A DNA stretch of 63,676 nucleotides, filler included, from Basidiobolus ranarum (Eukaryota), in the NCBI GenBank assembly GCA_040143965.1. It is 22 parts of 22 records of this genome, joined end to end, with 100 filler letters (N's around TTAATTAATTAA, not from the genome) between each part and the next. Parts side by side here need not be neighbours in the genome. Positions count along the whole stretch, not along the records: positions 14,543 to 17,347 come from JASJQH010009841.1; positions 17,448 to 20,251 come from JASJQH010009842.1; positions 20,352 to 23,154 come from JASJQH010009843.1; positions 23,255 to 26,056 come from JASJQH010009844.1; positions 26,157 to 28,957 come from JASJQH010009845.1; 17 more parts are not named here. One strand, written 5' to 3'. The position numbers were made by a program, and so were the translations under genes. The notes under the pieces are model-generated. The model ran no database searches, was not told the DNA's origin, and saw only the letters and a list, made by a program, of their open reading frames with translations. Shown here piece after piece: positions 14,544-27,239 of this stretch; the first letter of the stretch is position 1; each line of letters starts with the position of its first letter.

Positions 14544-16049
14544 CCCATCATTGTGAAAAGTTTAAAATCAGATGCAAAGTTGTCCTCGGTGGCCTTTCAA
14601 GTGCATTCTGGTTTATTTACTGGTTTAGATTCTCGAATAGATGCTGCAGTACTAGCAGCGGCAGCAGCAAAGCGAATCAAGCGAAATCAAGAATACCTTT
14701 GGGGTGGTATGGACTATGTGACGTATGCGGCAGTTTTAGATATTTTACTGGTATGTCGCACAATGGACTTACGGATAGAAGGTGATACTCCTAATTTGTG
14801 CAAGTCGATAGATATAGTTCCATTGACTGAATGCGATGGGGCTAGTTTGAAAGCAAATAAAAACAAACCGCGCCCAGCAAAGAAGAATTCGTGGTATGGG
14901 TACATGGCTAAAGTTAGTATGGATTGGCTAGACCGTTTTACAGGAGGTACGGGTACTTGGGCTCATCCGGTAGTAGATGTTGCTGTAATGCCTGTATTAC
15001 TGAGTGTAGGTTTGGTACGAGGATTTAACTTCGGTATCCGAGCTGGAGAAGCGTGGATCGTTGGTACTGCTGTAGATTACTACCGTTTGCTGGCTCGACA
15101 ACCACCAACAGAGGTGAGAAAACTACTGAGAAGAAGTCTAGAGTTATTGACACATGATGGGTCATATTTTGACGAATACGACAGAGTTGGTCTTGACAGG
15201 ATAATAGACCTTGTGTCCAGTTGTGAAGTCAACTGTCATACGGAATGTCTAATTCAAAGCGACGCCAAAGATGTGAGCATGTGGCAACAGGTGGATACTT
15301 GGGATGGTGAATTGTGTCGATTACTTGACTCTGGTACAGGGAGTTTCGGTTATTGGGCATTAAAGGATATCCAGTCAAATATTGGAACCGACTGCAGTTA
15401 CGAAGAGTATGCGATAAGTGTATGCTGTGCATACATACACGATATTATTGACTACAGAGCTGACTCTATGGACGGTGATAAGGTAAATTTAGTGATACAA
15501 TCGACCAATAGAAGTGATGCCGCGGGACTAGCCGAATGCTGTGGGTATATCAAGGCGTATATTGATGATAAGGTGGTGGCTGATAAAGACGGAGTACTGA
15601 TAGGTAAAGTCTGTGTATTAGGGTTCCTGGCATGGAATATGACATGTTTGCGATACGGGGCTCTTGAACGTATCTTTCAGTGTGCGTTGGGAGATAGCAG
15701 GACATATGATAATGTTACCTTGTTACAAGCGGTGAAAATGGAAGCCCAAAACATTTGTGCCGTACAAGATGGGGACGGTGCACAAGAGGGGATTAAAGAT
15801 GCAGCCACTGATTGGCAGGAGATGATATCAAGTAGAACGCAGCGAGCAGCCCATGCATTAGTATGTGAGCGTCTATATATGTGGCCTGATGCCGAGAAGA
15901 AGGGTATGCACAAGTATTGTATGAGCTATTTCGTAACTCTTGGTTTGACAATGCTACGAAATAATTTACTGGAGCTGTGCTGTTCTAAGGAATGCTTTGA
16001 TTTTCATGAAATGGATAAGGAAGTAGCTCGAGTGACAGGTGCATACTAG
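14544..16049 (+). CDS. Uncharacterised protein with class I terpene-synthase-like motifs, 5'-open
   Basis: About 500 codons, intronless, open to the contig edge. RLLDSG (aa 256-261), HDIIDYRAD..DGDKVNLV (aa 296-314), WNMTCLRY (aa 361-368); numbering from the 14553 ORF. Confidence 0.6.
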   Translation, partial: PIIVKSLKSDAKLSSVAFQVHSGLFTGLDSRIDAAVLAAAAAKRIKRNQEYLWGGMDYVTYAAVLDILLVCRTMDLRIEGDTPNLCKSIDIVPLTECDGASLKANKNKPRPAKKNSWYGYMAKVSMDWLDRFTGGTGTWAHPVVDVAVMPVLLSVGLVRGFNFGIRAGEAWIVGTAVDYYRLLARQPPTEVRKLLRRSLELLTHDGSYFDEYDRVGLDRIIDLVSSCEVNCHTECLIQSDAKDVSMWQQVDTWDGELCRLLDSGTGSFGYWALKDIQSNIGTDCSYEEYAISVCCAYIHDIIDYRADSMDGDKVNLVIQSTNRSDAAGLAECCGYIKAYIDDKVVADKDGVLIGKVCVLGFLAWNMTCLRYGALERIFQCALGDSRTYDNVTLLQAVKMEAQNICAVQDGDGAQEGIKDAATDWQEMISSRTQRAAHALVCERLYMWPDAEKKGMHKYCMSYFVTLGLTMLRNNLLELCCSKECFDFHEMDKEVARVTGAY

Positions 16050-17090
16050 CAGTGGAGGCTTTCATTGATGATATCTTAGCCTACCTAAGTTTCTAAAAGT
16101 TAACAAGAATGATATGGACATCAAGAAAATGCTTTCATTTATGATTTTTTACTATATATATAACATCATTCTAATGAGGTGACTGCTAGCTACTTCACCT
16201 CTGTCTTATCTCGATGCTTTATACAGGTCATTATTTATGATCTGTATCACATTACTCCTCGTTACTGTCAGTTTGCATCATCCTCTCTTGATGTTTCTAT
16301 TGTCTTTTTCAGTTTCATTCATGGAAATTGCTGTAACTCATCTTGCTATAAATAATAAGAGTGTGTAGACTATACAACATTGTATTTTCTATTGGTAAAA
16401 CGGTTAACTCGCATGATATTTAGCAACTGAAAAATCTATAGTGAAGAATGGTATGTATTGGTAAGTAGTCGATATTTCAAATCACTTGAATCGACAAATG
16501 GTTAGTACAATCATGGCAGAGTTGGGTTAAAATAGAGTCTTGGGATCGGTTGGGTTAGGGTAAGAAGTTGGAACCGGTATGTTGGTAGCGTAGACAAGGT
16601 TTGTGAGGCTTATACGTTTGCAGAGTTGTGCATTAGGAAAGATGAATTGATTCAGGTATACCAAGCAGCACGGTGAGTGAGAATATAACATTCCTTAACA
16701 CCGATACTCTATTGACATGTACATGTTATTTTCAAGTCGTTATTTGTAACAAAAGCTTGCTAGTTAGTTATATAGGACGTATAGTTAATTCGTATATGAT
16801 TTATGTCAAGTAACATGCATGTTACACGGTCCACTAGAGTACATAACTAGAGAAGCAGGCATAACTCTCAACACTATCCCCTACTCCCAAAAAAATCGTG
16901 TAAATGTTGTTTAACAGTCATATTCTATTGACATTAGGCAAAATATGAATTTACCCCCTTAGTTCATCCTTCCAATCTACAACATTTCAAACTGATCAAA
17001 ATATCACACACAACTATAAATATCCCTCCGGAGATTGTAAGTTTTAATATATCGTACGTAATTCATTACTTCTTTACATTATTTATCAAA

Positions 17091-17347
17091 ATGAAATTCT
17101 CTTCTGCCAATATTCTCTCTGCTGTGTCCACCTGAGCTATAGTTCATGCTGCTGTGCTTGAACGAAGTTATAACATCAAGGATTACTCTGGAGGAGACAA
17201 AGGAAAAGGTGTCTCTTACGGCAGTCGTAATGTAGGGGGGGGAAATGATGGAGGTGAAGTAAGTGATAACTATGGTGGTAATGGTGGCGGTGGCTCAGGG
17301 GATGATTATGGCGGCAGTGGCGGCGGAAAATACAGTAGTGGTGGTGG
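17091..17347 (+). pseudogene. Glycine-rich secreted protein with in-frame stop in the signal peptide, 3'-truncated
   Basis: TATAAA near 17015; MKFSSANILSAVST*AIVHAAVLER followed by YGG/GGG repeats; TGA at 17133-17135. Confidence 0.6.
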
Positions 17348-17447
17348 NNNNNNNNNNNNNNNNNNNNNNNNNNNNNNNNNNNNNNNNNNNNTTAATTAAT
17401 TAANNNNNNNNNNNNNNNNNNNNNNNNNNNNNNNNNNNNNNNNNNNN

Positions 17448-17554
17448 ATTCCTATTTAGAATATAGGGGCTATAGATACGTTGCTTTCTGTTTCTGATAT
17501 ATGTATCATAACTAAAGTTAACTATGATGTTGAATAAAGATTAATTATCCAACA
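17448..17554 (+). mobile_element. LTR family C, 3' end
   Basis: AATAAAGATTAATTATCCAACA; reverse complement of 51664-51770. Confidence 0.7.
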
Positions 17555-17989
17555 ATTTCATCTATCAATACCTCAGCAAGTGCAATGTCTTGGCCAGACC
17601 TTAGTCTGACAAGGACCACTTTCCTGTCTAGTCATTTTTTGCATTGTGGTCTACACCCAAGATTCTTCCTACTTTCCAGCACCTGTCCATGTCCACTTCC
17701 TTTGTGTGACAGAATTAGATACTTACCATTTATTGATATGAAAATGTCATATCTATGGTTTACTGAAATTGGACAACTAGAAAAGCTTACCCCACACATG
17801 GCTGTAAAGCATGGGTGAATATCAAAGATGATTCAGATATGTTTTGGGAAGATATTGAAAACTACATGGCATTCTAATTATTATACCTATCAAACAGAGC
17901 AATAAGCACACTTTTGAACATTACAATGGAGAACTAAGTAAGCAGAATATAAAAAATTAACAACTACATAATGAGCTGCTGTTAAACTG

Positions 17990-19000
17990 GTTTCATCATT
18001 AGAACTTAACTAATTGTGTTGAATTTCTCTCAAAACTAAATAATATCTTTTTAAATCAAATTTTGCTTTATCTAAAGGTTTGGTCTACATATCAGCAATC
18101 ATATCTTTATTGGGGCAGTGGACAAGTTCAATTAGAGTATTCTTAACTGCTTTTCCGACAAAATGATGCCTAGCTTCTATCAGTATTCTTCCAACATGAT
18201 CTGAAGAGTTTTTTTCTAATGAAATACTTCTATGATGTTCTTCAAATACAGATATAGCACATGTTTGCATATATTACAAGTTTGTATATAACTTCCTTGA
18301 CCATGTAGCTTTTTTTGTAGTAGCAGAGGCAGCCATATAAAACACTTCTGTAGTGGAAAAATGTCATGAATGGTTGCTTCTTGCTACTCCAAGTTATAGA
18401 TCTCATACAATATAGAAGAGTGCACCTAGTTCTTATCTGCTATCATCAAGGCATCCTTACTAGTCTACATCCCTATAGCTCTTGAAGCTCAGGGCAATAT
18501 GAGTGCCAGATTATTTTGGAGCCAGATCCACAGTACTACTTGACTACCTGAGCATTTGTATTATTTTAGTTTTGTACTCAGATATTAGATTTTTGAGTTA
18601 CTGGCTGTCATTTCCTACTGCCACAGCAATATTGGGATGTGTACCTACCATTGGATGCACTAGGCCACTCTCTATAAACTGTATGGAAACAAGCTTTAAT
18701 TTGAGTCAATTTGAGCCAAAGTGAGCAAATTTTGAGTAAATTTGCATTGGGATCCATTGGTGTTAACACAGACTTGCATTGTCCATGTTGAAATACTTTA
18801 GGATGTCAAGAATATATATAGACTGACTCATCATTGACTTTCTTACTTTATCCACTTCTTGTAAATTGGATAAAAGTAAACAACTTCATTCTCATATATC
18901 CATAATTTGATATCATTTGGATTTGCTGTTTCTCTCATATTTGACTTCCTCTAGATCATTTTTAGCTATGTCCAGGATTATAGTTGTAATTGCATTGCCT
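17990..19000 (-). mobile_element. Decayed Ty1/copia RT/RNase H
   Basis: IELVHCPNKDMIAD; the sequence parallels 39836-40551; many stops. Confidence 0.8.
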
Positions 19001-20351
19001 AAATATCTACATAGTGATATATAGTCTACTACTTGGATACCTTGTATTTCACTATGATTAAACTCATCATGCTTGAATGGAATTGACCCAGTATATTTTT
19101 ACCAACTTTAGAGTTCTCAGATATATTGATTTTTCAAACTTGTGCTAGAAGCCACAAAATCTGTACACATGTTCTTGAGACCTTTCTGAGCACATTCTAC
19201 ACATTAGTTCATTTACATCATGAAAAACTATGAATGGAACTCTTGACTCTAAGTATATAAATAAGTTCCATGTTTTAAATGAAAGGATCTTGTATATTGC
19301 TATCTTACAATATTTTGCCTATCTAGAAGAAGTACCACCATCTTTGATCACTAAAAATTGTTGCAGCCCTATAAATTTTATTTCAGAGTAACTTGAGCAG
19401 ATCATGACCAAATTGTGGAAAACCATCAGAAATCCTGCTTAATATAAGCTTATAGGATGTTGACTTCTTTTATGTAGATTACCTCATGGTTTTCTGATAT
19501 GATTTTGTGATATTGCTTGTTTCATAATCCCAATTGGAACCTATTTAAAAAATTCTCATTTAGGTTCCCACCTGCTTCTGGTGATAGCATATAGTGCTTC
19601 AACATGCAGATATTTGGTACCCTATGAATAAGCAGTCATAGTGCTTTTAGTATTGACATATTTGTTCCAGCTGTAATGGGAGTCAAAACTCAAAATAAAT
19701 TGCTCTTTGTACACTTCAACAAATGTAGAACTATGATTAAGCAGAAATAGCTACAAAATATCAAATTCAATCACAATTATTCTGATATATCTAAGTCCTC
19801 TTGAGTTGGTAAAAATATACTGAGTAAGTTCAAAGCAAGAATAATGGGCTTTATCTTAGTGAAATATAAGATACCTGAGTATTAAACTTAGTTAAAGTCA
19901 GTGCCTCAAAAAAGAAAGTGGATTTTGACAACACTGTTGCTTGCAACCAATTGCTAAAGAACCCTAGGTGCTCTTAAGATATAACACCAACAAATATTTT
20001 GAACCTCTTTTGGCAGCATCTTTCAATAGACTTGTACAATCAGACCAGGTCAGATCATGTAGCTCATTACAGCCTGCTAGTAGAACATCTGGCACAATTT
20101 GTCAATTACCATGGCTGGGTCCTATAACACTCAATCAGACATTATAAGGAACAATATGGCACTATCCCACCACAATCAAACATGCTGATTTTTTTGGAGA
20201 TATTGCACCAGCCCATACCAAGTTACCCAATTTAGTATTGCCAAATTAAGANNNNNNNNNNNNNNNNNNNNNNNNNNNNNNNNNNNNNNNNNNNNTTAAT
20301 TAATTAANNNNNNNNNNNNNNNNNNNNNNNNNNNNNNNNNNNNNNNNNNNN

Positions 20352-21651
20352 GGATTTGTATATATTCAAGTGGAATTTTGAAAAGATTTCTGCCTGATAA
20401 GTATTGGCAACATTGGGAGTTGTTTGTCAATATTGTTAATATATTCTTATGGCATCAACTCATATTGGCAGATCTCAGGCAGATACAGCAATTGTGCAAA
20501 GATTTTGTAATTGGATATGTAAAACTTTATTACAGGTTTAAAGAAGATAGACTGAATCTATACCTGTATTCAATACATTCCCTGCTGCATCTTTCACAAT
20601 GCATAGAGATTATAGGCCCTTGTTATACATTCTGGGAGTTCCAAATGGAGTGCACCTGCAGTGAAATGATGCTCCATGTGAAATTGTCAGTATTACTGTA
20701 TGCTAATCTGATTAACAATATATCAGCAAAATCTGTGATGGATGCAATGCAATGGGTTAAGGAGACTCCAGAGTATATTAACCTGCCAACAAAGGGCTTG
20801 TTTCAATGTGCTCTTGGGTTTTTGCATTGTTTGAGCACAATAACAGCAACAAAGCCCAATCCATGGACACAGAGTAAATACCTTTATAATTGGACTAATT
20901 TGCTTGCGTGATGATCTGATGGTATTTTTAGGAAAGCTGCAAGACAGACTTCTTGGTGAGAAAGATCAAGATATGCTGTTTTAGCCATGGGGTAATCTAT
21001 GCAAGCAATGACACATCTTCTTGTGGCAAGACATTTGTTGACTCTAAGTCAGGATTTATTGGCTGAATTCTTTATGGAAATTTGCCAAAATCCAGGAGCT
21101 TATTCTCAATGTGATCAGTAACAAGAGTGAGCTATTTGCCAAGTGTTAGTGCTACTCAAAATTTCAGATGTTGAGCAATTTTTCCATCTTTAGTTTGCTG
21201 GTAAAGCAAGGAATATTGATGTTGTTGAGTAATGTCTAATCAGTCAAGTATGTGCATATGTAGAGACAAAACACAACAAGATTCTTGTATTTTTTGATTC
21301 TCATTATGGCTGCAATACAAAGCCTAAAATATCTAAATAAAGGGATGCATATTAATTCAAATTCCGACAGCAGTAAACCCAAGAATTTTCCATTCCAAAA
21401 TAGTACTTTTTCAAAAATTGCAAGATATTGAATAATGCAAATATTGACAGATTTTGAATGATGCATGCCAAATTTGAGGATCAATGTTTTAACATGTTTG
21501 AATTCCATCAAAATACCATCAAGAAACCACCATCACATCATCAAAATTTGTGGCAGAATGCAAGCCACCAATATTGTGATGGTTCTCTGATGGTATTGCT
21601 ATTTTGGAGGGTGGATCCAATCTGGAACAAATCAATTTTTTTTTGTTACGG
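20352..21651 (+). mobile_element. CACTA/CMC transposase C-terminal part, 3' region and right terminus
   Basis: LP.KY..HW..FV, HSLLHL..CI..IGP...FWEF.ME (Tnp2 C-terminal region); ends TTTTGTTACGG. Confidence 0.85.
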
Positions 21652-22803
21652 GAAAATTACAATTTATGAAAGTTCAAGGTGCAAGTCATGCTGAGAGAGA
21701 GGGAGCTTTAGGATGTAGTCTCTGGAGATGAAAAGAAACCTTCTGACCCTTCTTTATTGAAAGCTTAAAAAAAAGAGACATGGAGGCCTTTAATGTCATT
21801 TGTCAAAGCTTGAAGGATTCACAACTGTTGAATATTCAATATGCCAAGACTTCCCATCAAGCTTCAATTATATTAGATGAGTGTTATGAAGCAAAGAGTC
21901 CTGCTAATACACTCTTTCTCAGACAAAAATTCTCCAATATAAAGATGGAAAAGTCTGACAGCATGGTTACTCATATTACAAATGTGAGATCCTTGGCAAA
22001 ACAACTTGAAAATGTTGGTGCAACTATACAGGAAGAAGATGCCATTTTGATTCTTCTAAATAGTCTACAAAAACAGTATTCAAACTTGGTCAAAGCTGTG
22101 GAAGCAAGAACCAACAAGTTATCTTTGGAGTTTGTAGTGGCAAGACAGATGGATCAATACCTGAGATGTAAGAATTTATAAAAAGAATCTGAGGAAGTTT
22201 TTTTTTGGAGCTTGGAAATGTAGCTTTGGCAAGTACAAAGGTTACAAAAGAAGAAAGCCAGGTTTAAGTTATGGTTGTAACAAGCCAGGACACCAGTTAA
22301 AAGATTGCAAATCAAGAAATTACAACAAAAATGAGAAGTCAGAATAAGCAAATCAGGTTTCAACCAAAGAGGAAGTTTTATTCATTTCTGCCCTATCAGT
22401 GACCTTTGAACAAGACAGTAAGCTGTGGCATATTGATTCTGGAGCCTCTCAACATTTCTTTAATCAAAACAAAACTGGTTTAAGACACTCAAAAGTGACA
22501 TAAACAAGAAGGTTTTTATGGAAGATGACAAGCCACTAGAAGCTCTGGGATTTGGAGAAATAGAAGTGGATCTTAGGGGCATCTCTGGGAACATTTATTT
22601 GACACTAAAAATGTGCTATATTTGCCTGAGATAGCAAAAAATTTGTTATCAGTGAGTTAAGCTATATTTGAGGGATATAGCTTTAATTTTGAAAAAAAAG
22701 GCTGTACAATCAGGGATCATAAAGGAAATTACATAGCTTCTGAAGCTAAGCAAAATAACTTGTATAAACTTCATTTTATTAGGCCAATATATGAACAAGT
22801 TAA
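21652..22803 (+). mobile_element. Decayed Ty1/copia gag-protease
   Basis: ENYNL*KFKVQVMLRERE; UBN2-type gag (ILLNSL...Y); decayed zinc knuckle GCNKPGH..KDC; protease WHIDSGASQH. Confidence 0.88.
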
Positions 22804-23154
22804 CCCTAACAGAAATTTGAGGATTGTTATTATAGGAAAACTGTCACAATTTTAATCCATTTGAGGTTGACCTTTTACTTACCGTCATAAAATCATCAAG
22901 TTAGATTTGATTTTGAGTCAATTTTTTCTGTTTCAGGAGTGAAATTTCAAGATCTCGCAAAATGGTTGCAAATGATTGGCTAAAATCTCAGAGAACTATG
23001 GATCAACACATGTGCAAAAAACGTAACTCAAATTTTACACAACTACCACTTGAATGCTAATTTGTCACCTTTGAAATCCCTAGTCTCTTTGATATATTCT
23101 CCTGAATATTTTTATAGAGTTCTTCATACCCAAGGTTTAGCTCATACCCAACAC
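22804..23154 (+). mobile_element. CACTA/CMC left terminus
   Basis: Starts CCCTAACAGAAATTTGAGG; matches 4708, 5588 and 57796. Confidence 0.85.
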
Positions 23155-23429
23155 NNNNNNNNNNNNNNNNNNNNNNNNNNNNNNNNNNNNNNNNNNNNTT
23201 AATTAATTAANNNNNNNNNNNNNNNNNNNNNNNNNNNNNNNNNNNNNNNNNNNNAAAATCAGGAACCAAAATCAAACTTTTGCTGAGAATCATATCCAAA
23301 ATAGCATGCCTAGATAAATTACAACCTTAACTTGTCTGTGATCTTTATTTGACTGAGAGTAAGTTGGGATAACTTGCTGAAATACGGTTACTTGTATTAA
23401 GGATCTGAAAAATTCATTTATACTAATAT

Positions 23430-23777
23430 TGTTGAGGTATCTTAGGAGTTGCTGGAAGTGGCTGGGAGAACTAGAGGAATTAGTGGTTTTCACTTGATGA
23501 TTTATTGAGTGGAAAGTTGACATTTATAGTTTTGTCAAAGGGTAATCAAGTAAACACTTAGAATGTGTTAAAGGTGGTCTCAGCAAAATGTGTGCAAAGT
23601 TTGGGGCCTCCAGAACAAGTTTGAAAAGTTCATATATCTGAGAACTTCTAAGTCGGTGTAAATATTCTAAGTAAATTCCTCTTGAGAATAGTGAGTAATA
23701 TCTTGGTGAAATATATTATAACTAAATACTAAGCTATATATGACTATATAGATGTTCAGGCTATGATAATTTCAACA
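23430..23777 (-). mobile_element. Copia solo LTR family A
   Basis: TGTTG...CAACA, flanked by AATAT/GATAT (4/5 target-site duplication). Confidence 0.82.
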
Positions 23778-24723
23778 GATATTGGGTATGAAAAAGAGTA
23801 AGGGCAGTGTTAAATTGATAGAGTGTGGATAAAATTGAAGAAGTGGTGAGGGCATTGAAGTAGTCAGAAAATGGTCTCCTTTTCAAGATCTCTGATATAT
23901 ATCCAAAATTGATGTAATGATTTTAAACTTTAAATATGCTATTTATGAATATCTTTGGTGTTTTGATATAATTCCATCTAATCCAGGGATAGTTTTTGGA
24001 GATGTTGAGCAACCCATTTGACAAATGCAAAGATTTCTACCAAGTTTGCTAAGTAAAAGAGTGAAAATATTTAGTTTCTTTGTGCAGATATGAGTAAACG
24101 CCCATTGATCATTTTTTTGGAGAAGTTTCAAGACAAGTATTGATTCCACCGGATCACTCAGCTAAACAAAATTGACATTCTTCGTAACTGGATGGAGGTA
24201 AATATTTTTACACTTGGTTCATAGTTCTGTCTAATGGGCATTTAACTAGGTATGTTCCTTCTATTAAATTTCCAAATAAACCATTTGTTTGTATACTTGG
24301 CCAATGCAAGTGGGTGAGTGATTCATCATTGATGTTACCGACTACTGATGTATAGGATTTAGCATTGTTCGAAAGATATGCCGTGTGCAAATTATGCCCA
24401 ATAGAATACAGATCCAAAGCAATAACAATCGGTATTCATAACATGGCAAAATTTTAATCCGAGATCGGACCCACACGGAAGGAATCTTCGATCCTTCTGG
24501 ATTCAATCTTCGGATGAAATCTTACTCTCAATGAAAGACTCGGTAAAGGATATTCTAACACCAAGGATTCGTTTGAAGCATACAATTAGCCAGTGATTAT
24601 TTCCAAACTGTTATTTATCGAATAAATATCATTCAAAGGTAACGTGTACTATTTGCCTATCTCGAACATGCTTTACATCTTTATTGAAGTATATAAATTT
24701 TCACTAATTCGGTATTTACATAT

Positions 24724-26056
24724 TTAAACAAATGAAAATTTTGTCACATGTCGCGAGACATCATTACCAATATGCTTTTCATTCAGTTTTGATACAATCA
24801 CTTGCTTTAAACACGAGTGATTTGTAAGTCTAAGCAACCCATGTCTAGTGAAGTTTAGGTTTCCAAGGTTCAGTGTGTGAATTTTAGGGCATCGTGCTGT
24901 GATCTCGTATACTAGACGATCTCCCATACACACCTCGGTTTCCTTGAAGTGCCCAAGATATAGCTGCTCTAGATTTGGACAGCCTGCCAGTACGTATTGT
25001 AGCTCTGGAGCAGAAAAGGTCATGCTCGTGATATCGAGTGAGTGGAGTTCATGTACATGCTTGCGGAGTGAAGGAAGCAGGCTGGTAATTGTTCCTTCAT
25101 TCGATTGAAGAGTGAGTACCCTCAGTTGCATCGAGGACCTGGTTAGTAACCTATCCCAGGAAAGATTGGAGATATCTGAGCCCTGAAGTTGAACTTGCTG
25201 TAACTGGTTACCTCGATCAAAGACTGGGGCAATGCACTCATCATTGACTGGTGTAAATCCACGGAGAATTAGTTTTTGCAACTTTGAGCATTCTTTCAAT
25301 TTCATAATAGCACCACAGATTAGATCAAGCTCATCTTGCTCACATCTGCTCATATGAAGTTGATCAACGTCAAATGTGAGAGAAGTGAGACTTGCTTTCT
25401 GATTATTCACCAGGGCATCCATCACCAGATGGATAGAGGTATATCTTTCACACTTGACATACAGCTCTTTCAAGCTGTTCTGGTTCAGATTAGTGATTGC
25501 CCGGGCAAGTTGGGTACCATATAGTTTACATGTAGAGATGTGTAATTTCTTCAAGTTTGGGCAGGAGTTCAGAATAGTTGATGCCTCAGAGTCATCAAAA
25601 GCATCTACCCTGATATGGAGCATCTTCAGAGCTGGAAGATCAAGGCCACTGGGTATCAACTCTCCCAGTAGAACTTTGTGTGATCTCAATTCCACGATAC
25701 AATCAGAGCAGTCTTGCGATATAAGTGACCACAGAGACTGGGCGATCAGAACTCCATGTGCTGGCTCATCAGAGCCAAATTGTTTGTCGTGGAAAACTGA
25801 TTCAATCCAACCAAGGTCAACAGTGCGTAGATATGTGTGGTACTGGTGCGGCAGTGATTTTGTGGTTATGCTCTTTTGCATGGCTTTTAGTAACTTGATA
25901 TTTACTCTTTTCATTTGAGTGAGGTTATAGTTCCTGGTTTTTATGAGGCTCCAGGGGTTCTTATAAAGTAGGCGACAGCATTGAGTACTCCATTGACCAT
26001 TGATAAGAGAACAATTGAACAAAGCATCGATATCATCTCTTATCCAGTGGAGGATA
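24724..26056 (-). CDS. F-box/leucine-rich-repeat (RNI-like) protein, 5'-partial
   Basis: CSLIN.QW...CCRLLY F-box tail; repeated CPNLKKLHI/CPNLEQLYL/CPKIHTLNL leucine-rich repeats. Confidence 0.8.
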
Positions 26057-26324
26057 NNNNNNNNNNNNNNNNNNNNNNNNNNNNNNNNNNNNNNNNNNNN
26101 TTAATTAATTAANNNNNNNNNNNNNNNNNNNNNNNNNNNNNNNNNNNNNNNNNNNNATTGTGTCTGATTGTGATGGCATAGTGCCATATTGTTCCTTATA
26201 GTGTCTGATTGAGTGTTATAGGACCCAGCCATGGTAATTGACAGATTGGGCCTGATGGTGTACTAGCAGGCTGGATCAAGTGGCACAATCTGACCTGGTC
26301 TGATGGAACAAGTCTAATACTCTG

Positions 26325-26575
26325 CCACTCCTGAAATGCTTGCTGACATCTTAACTAAACCTTTGGCCAAAGCATAATTCAAGTTATTGAGGTATAATTA
26401 GGTTTAAGAGAAATACAAAGTAATCAGTCAAGTGGGAATATTGAAATTAGATAAATAGCAACTCATTATTTGGTAGTTAGCTTATTCATATTATGAGTAT
26501 CTAGCACTCAGTTTTGCCATTCAAAAATGTTTGTCTCTTGCTCAAATTGAAATTTCTATCAATTAGGTCACTTTT
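26325..26575 (+). mobile_element. Copia RNase H end, polypurine tract and LTR family B
   Basis: EMLADILTKPLAK, then AAGTGGGAATATTGAAATTAG; matches 39800-40096(-). Confidence 0.75.
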
Positions 26576-27239
26576 ACCAATGCACTTCTCAGCACTGGCT
26601 AAGGTACAATGGCTGTTATTCTTAATTTTCTGTAAAGTTTAAGACATATCTCTATGTTCCATTAAGTTAAGGAGTAAAAAGTATTAACTTCCTTGTTACC
26701 TTACATTAGCTGCTTGAAGAGAATCAACCACTCAATCACTATGATCCCACTGGGGTTTTTTACCGAAGGGGGGAAAACCCTGCTTTTCAGGCCCCTGCTG
26801 CTATTGCGTTGCCTGAAAGCTCATTTCATTGGCAGTACATGGCGCAATTTTTGCCAATTTGAGTAACAAAGCAAAGCAGGCTGGTGATGCTTCCTGACCT
26901 ACTTTGGAAGTGAAATATCTTGCAGTGGCTTCTGAATACTGATTGCTGCTTTGAAGCTGACATCTTTGATGGTTGCACTACTTCTAACAGCAGGAGTGTT
27001 AATATTTATACTTTCCAAGAACTGAGAGTCTGAGTGGCTAAGTGGCAATGGTGACTTGATTTATGACGTTTGTTTTGCTGTCTGTCATATTTAAGTTTCC
27101 TTTTAGGACTATGATGTACTGTATGTTGTCTTTTGCTATCAAATTCCAGTATGTGGGCTTAAATCCATGAAAATTAATCTTGAAAAATCTGGATTTAATC
27201 TGGATTAAATGATTAAATATTGTTAGAGATCCTTATTCT

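Noticed and set aside
7125-16049. Apparent cluster of three transporters plus a terpene-synthase-like gene
   Set aside because: The four genes lie on four separate contigs that are adjacent only because of length sorting
23940-24420. Possible tyrosinase pseudogene (TSP.ND-like)
   Set aside because: Copper-binding histidines not recoverable; too degenerate to support
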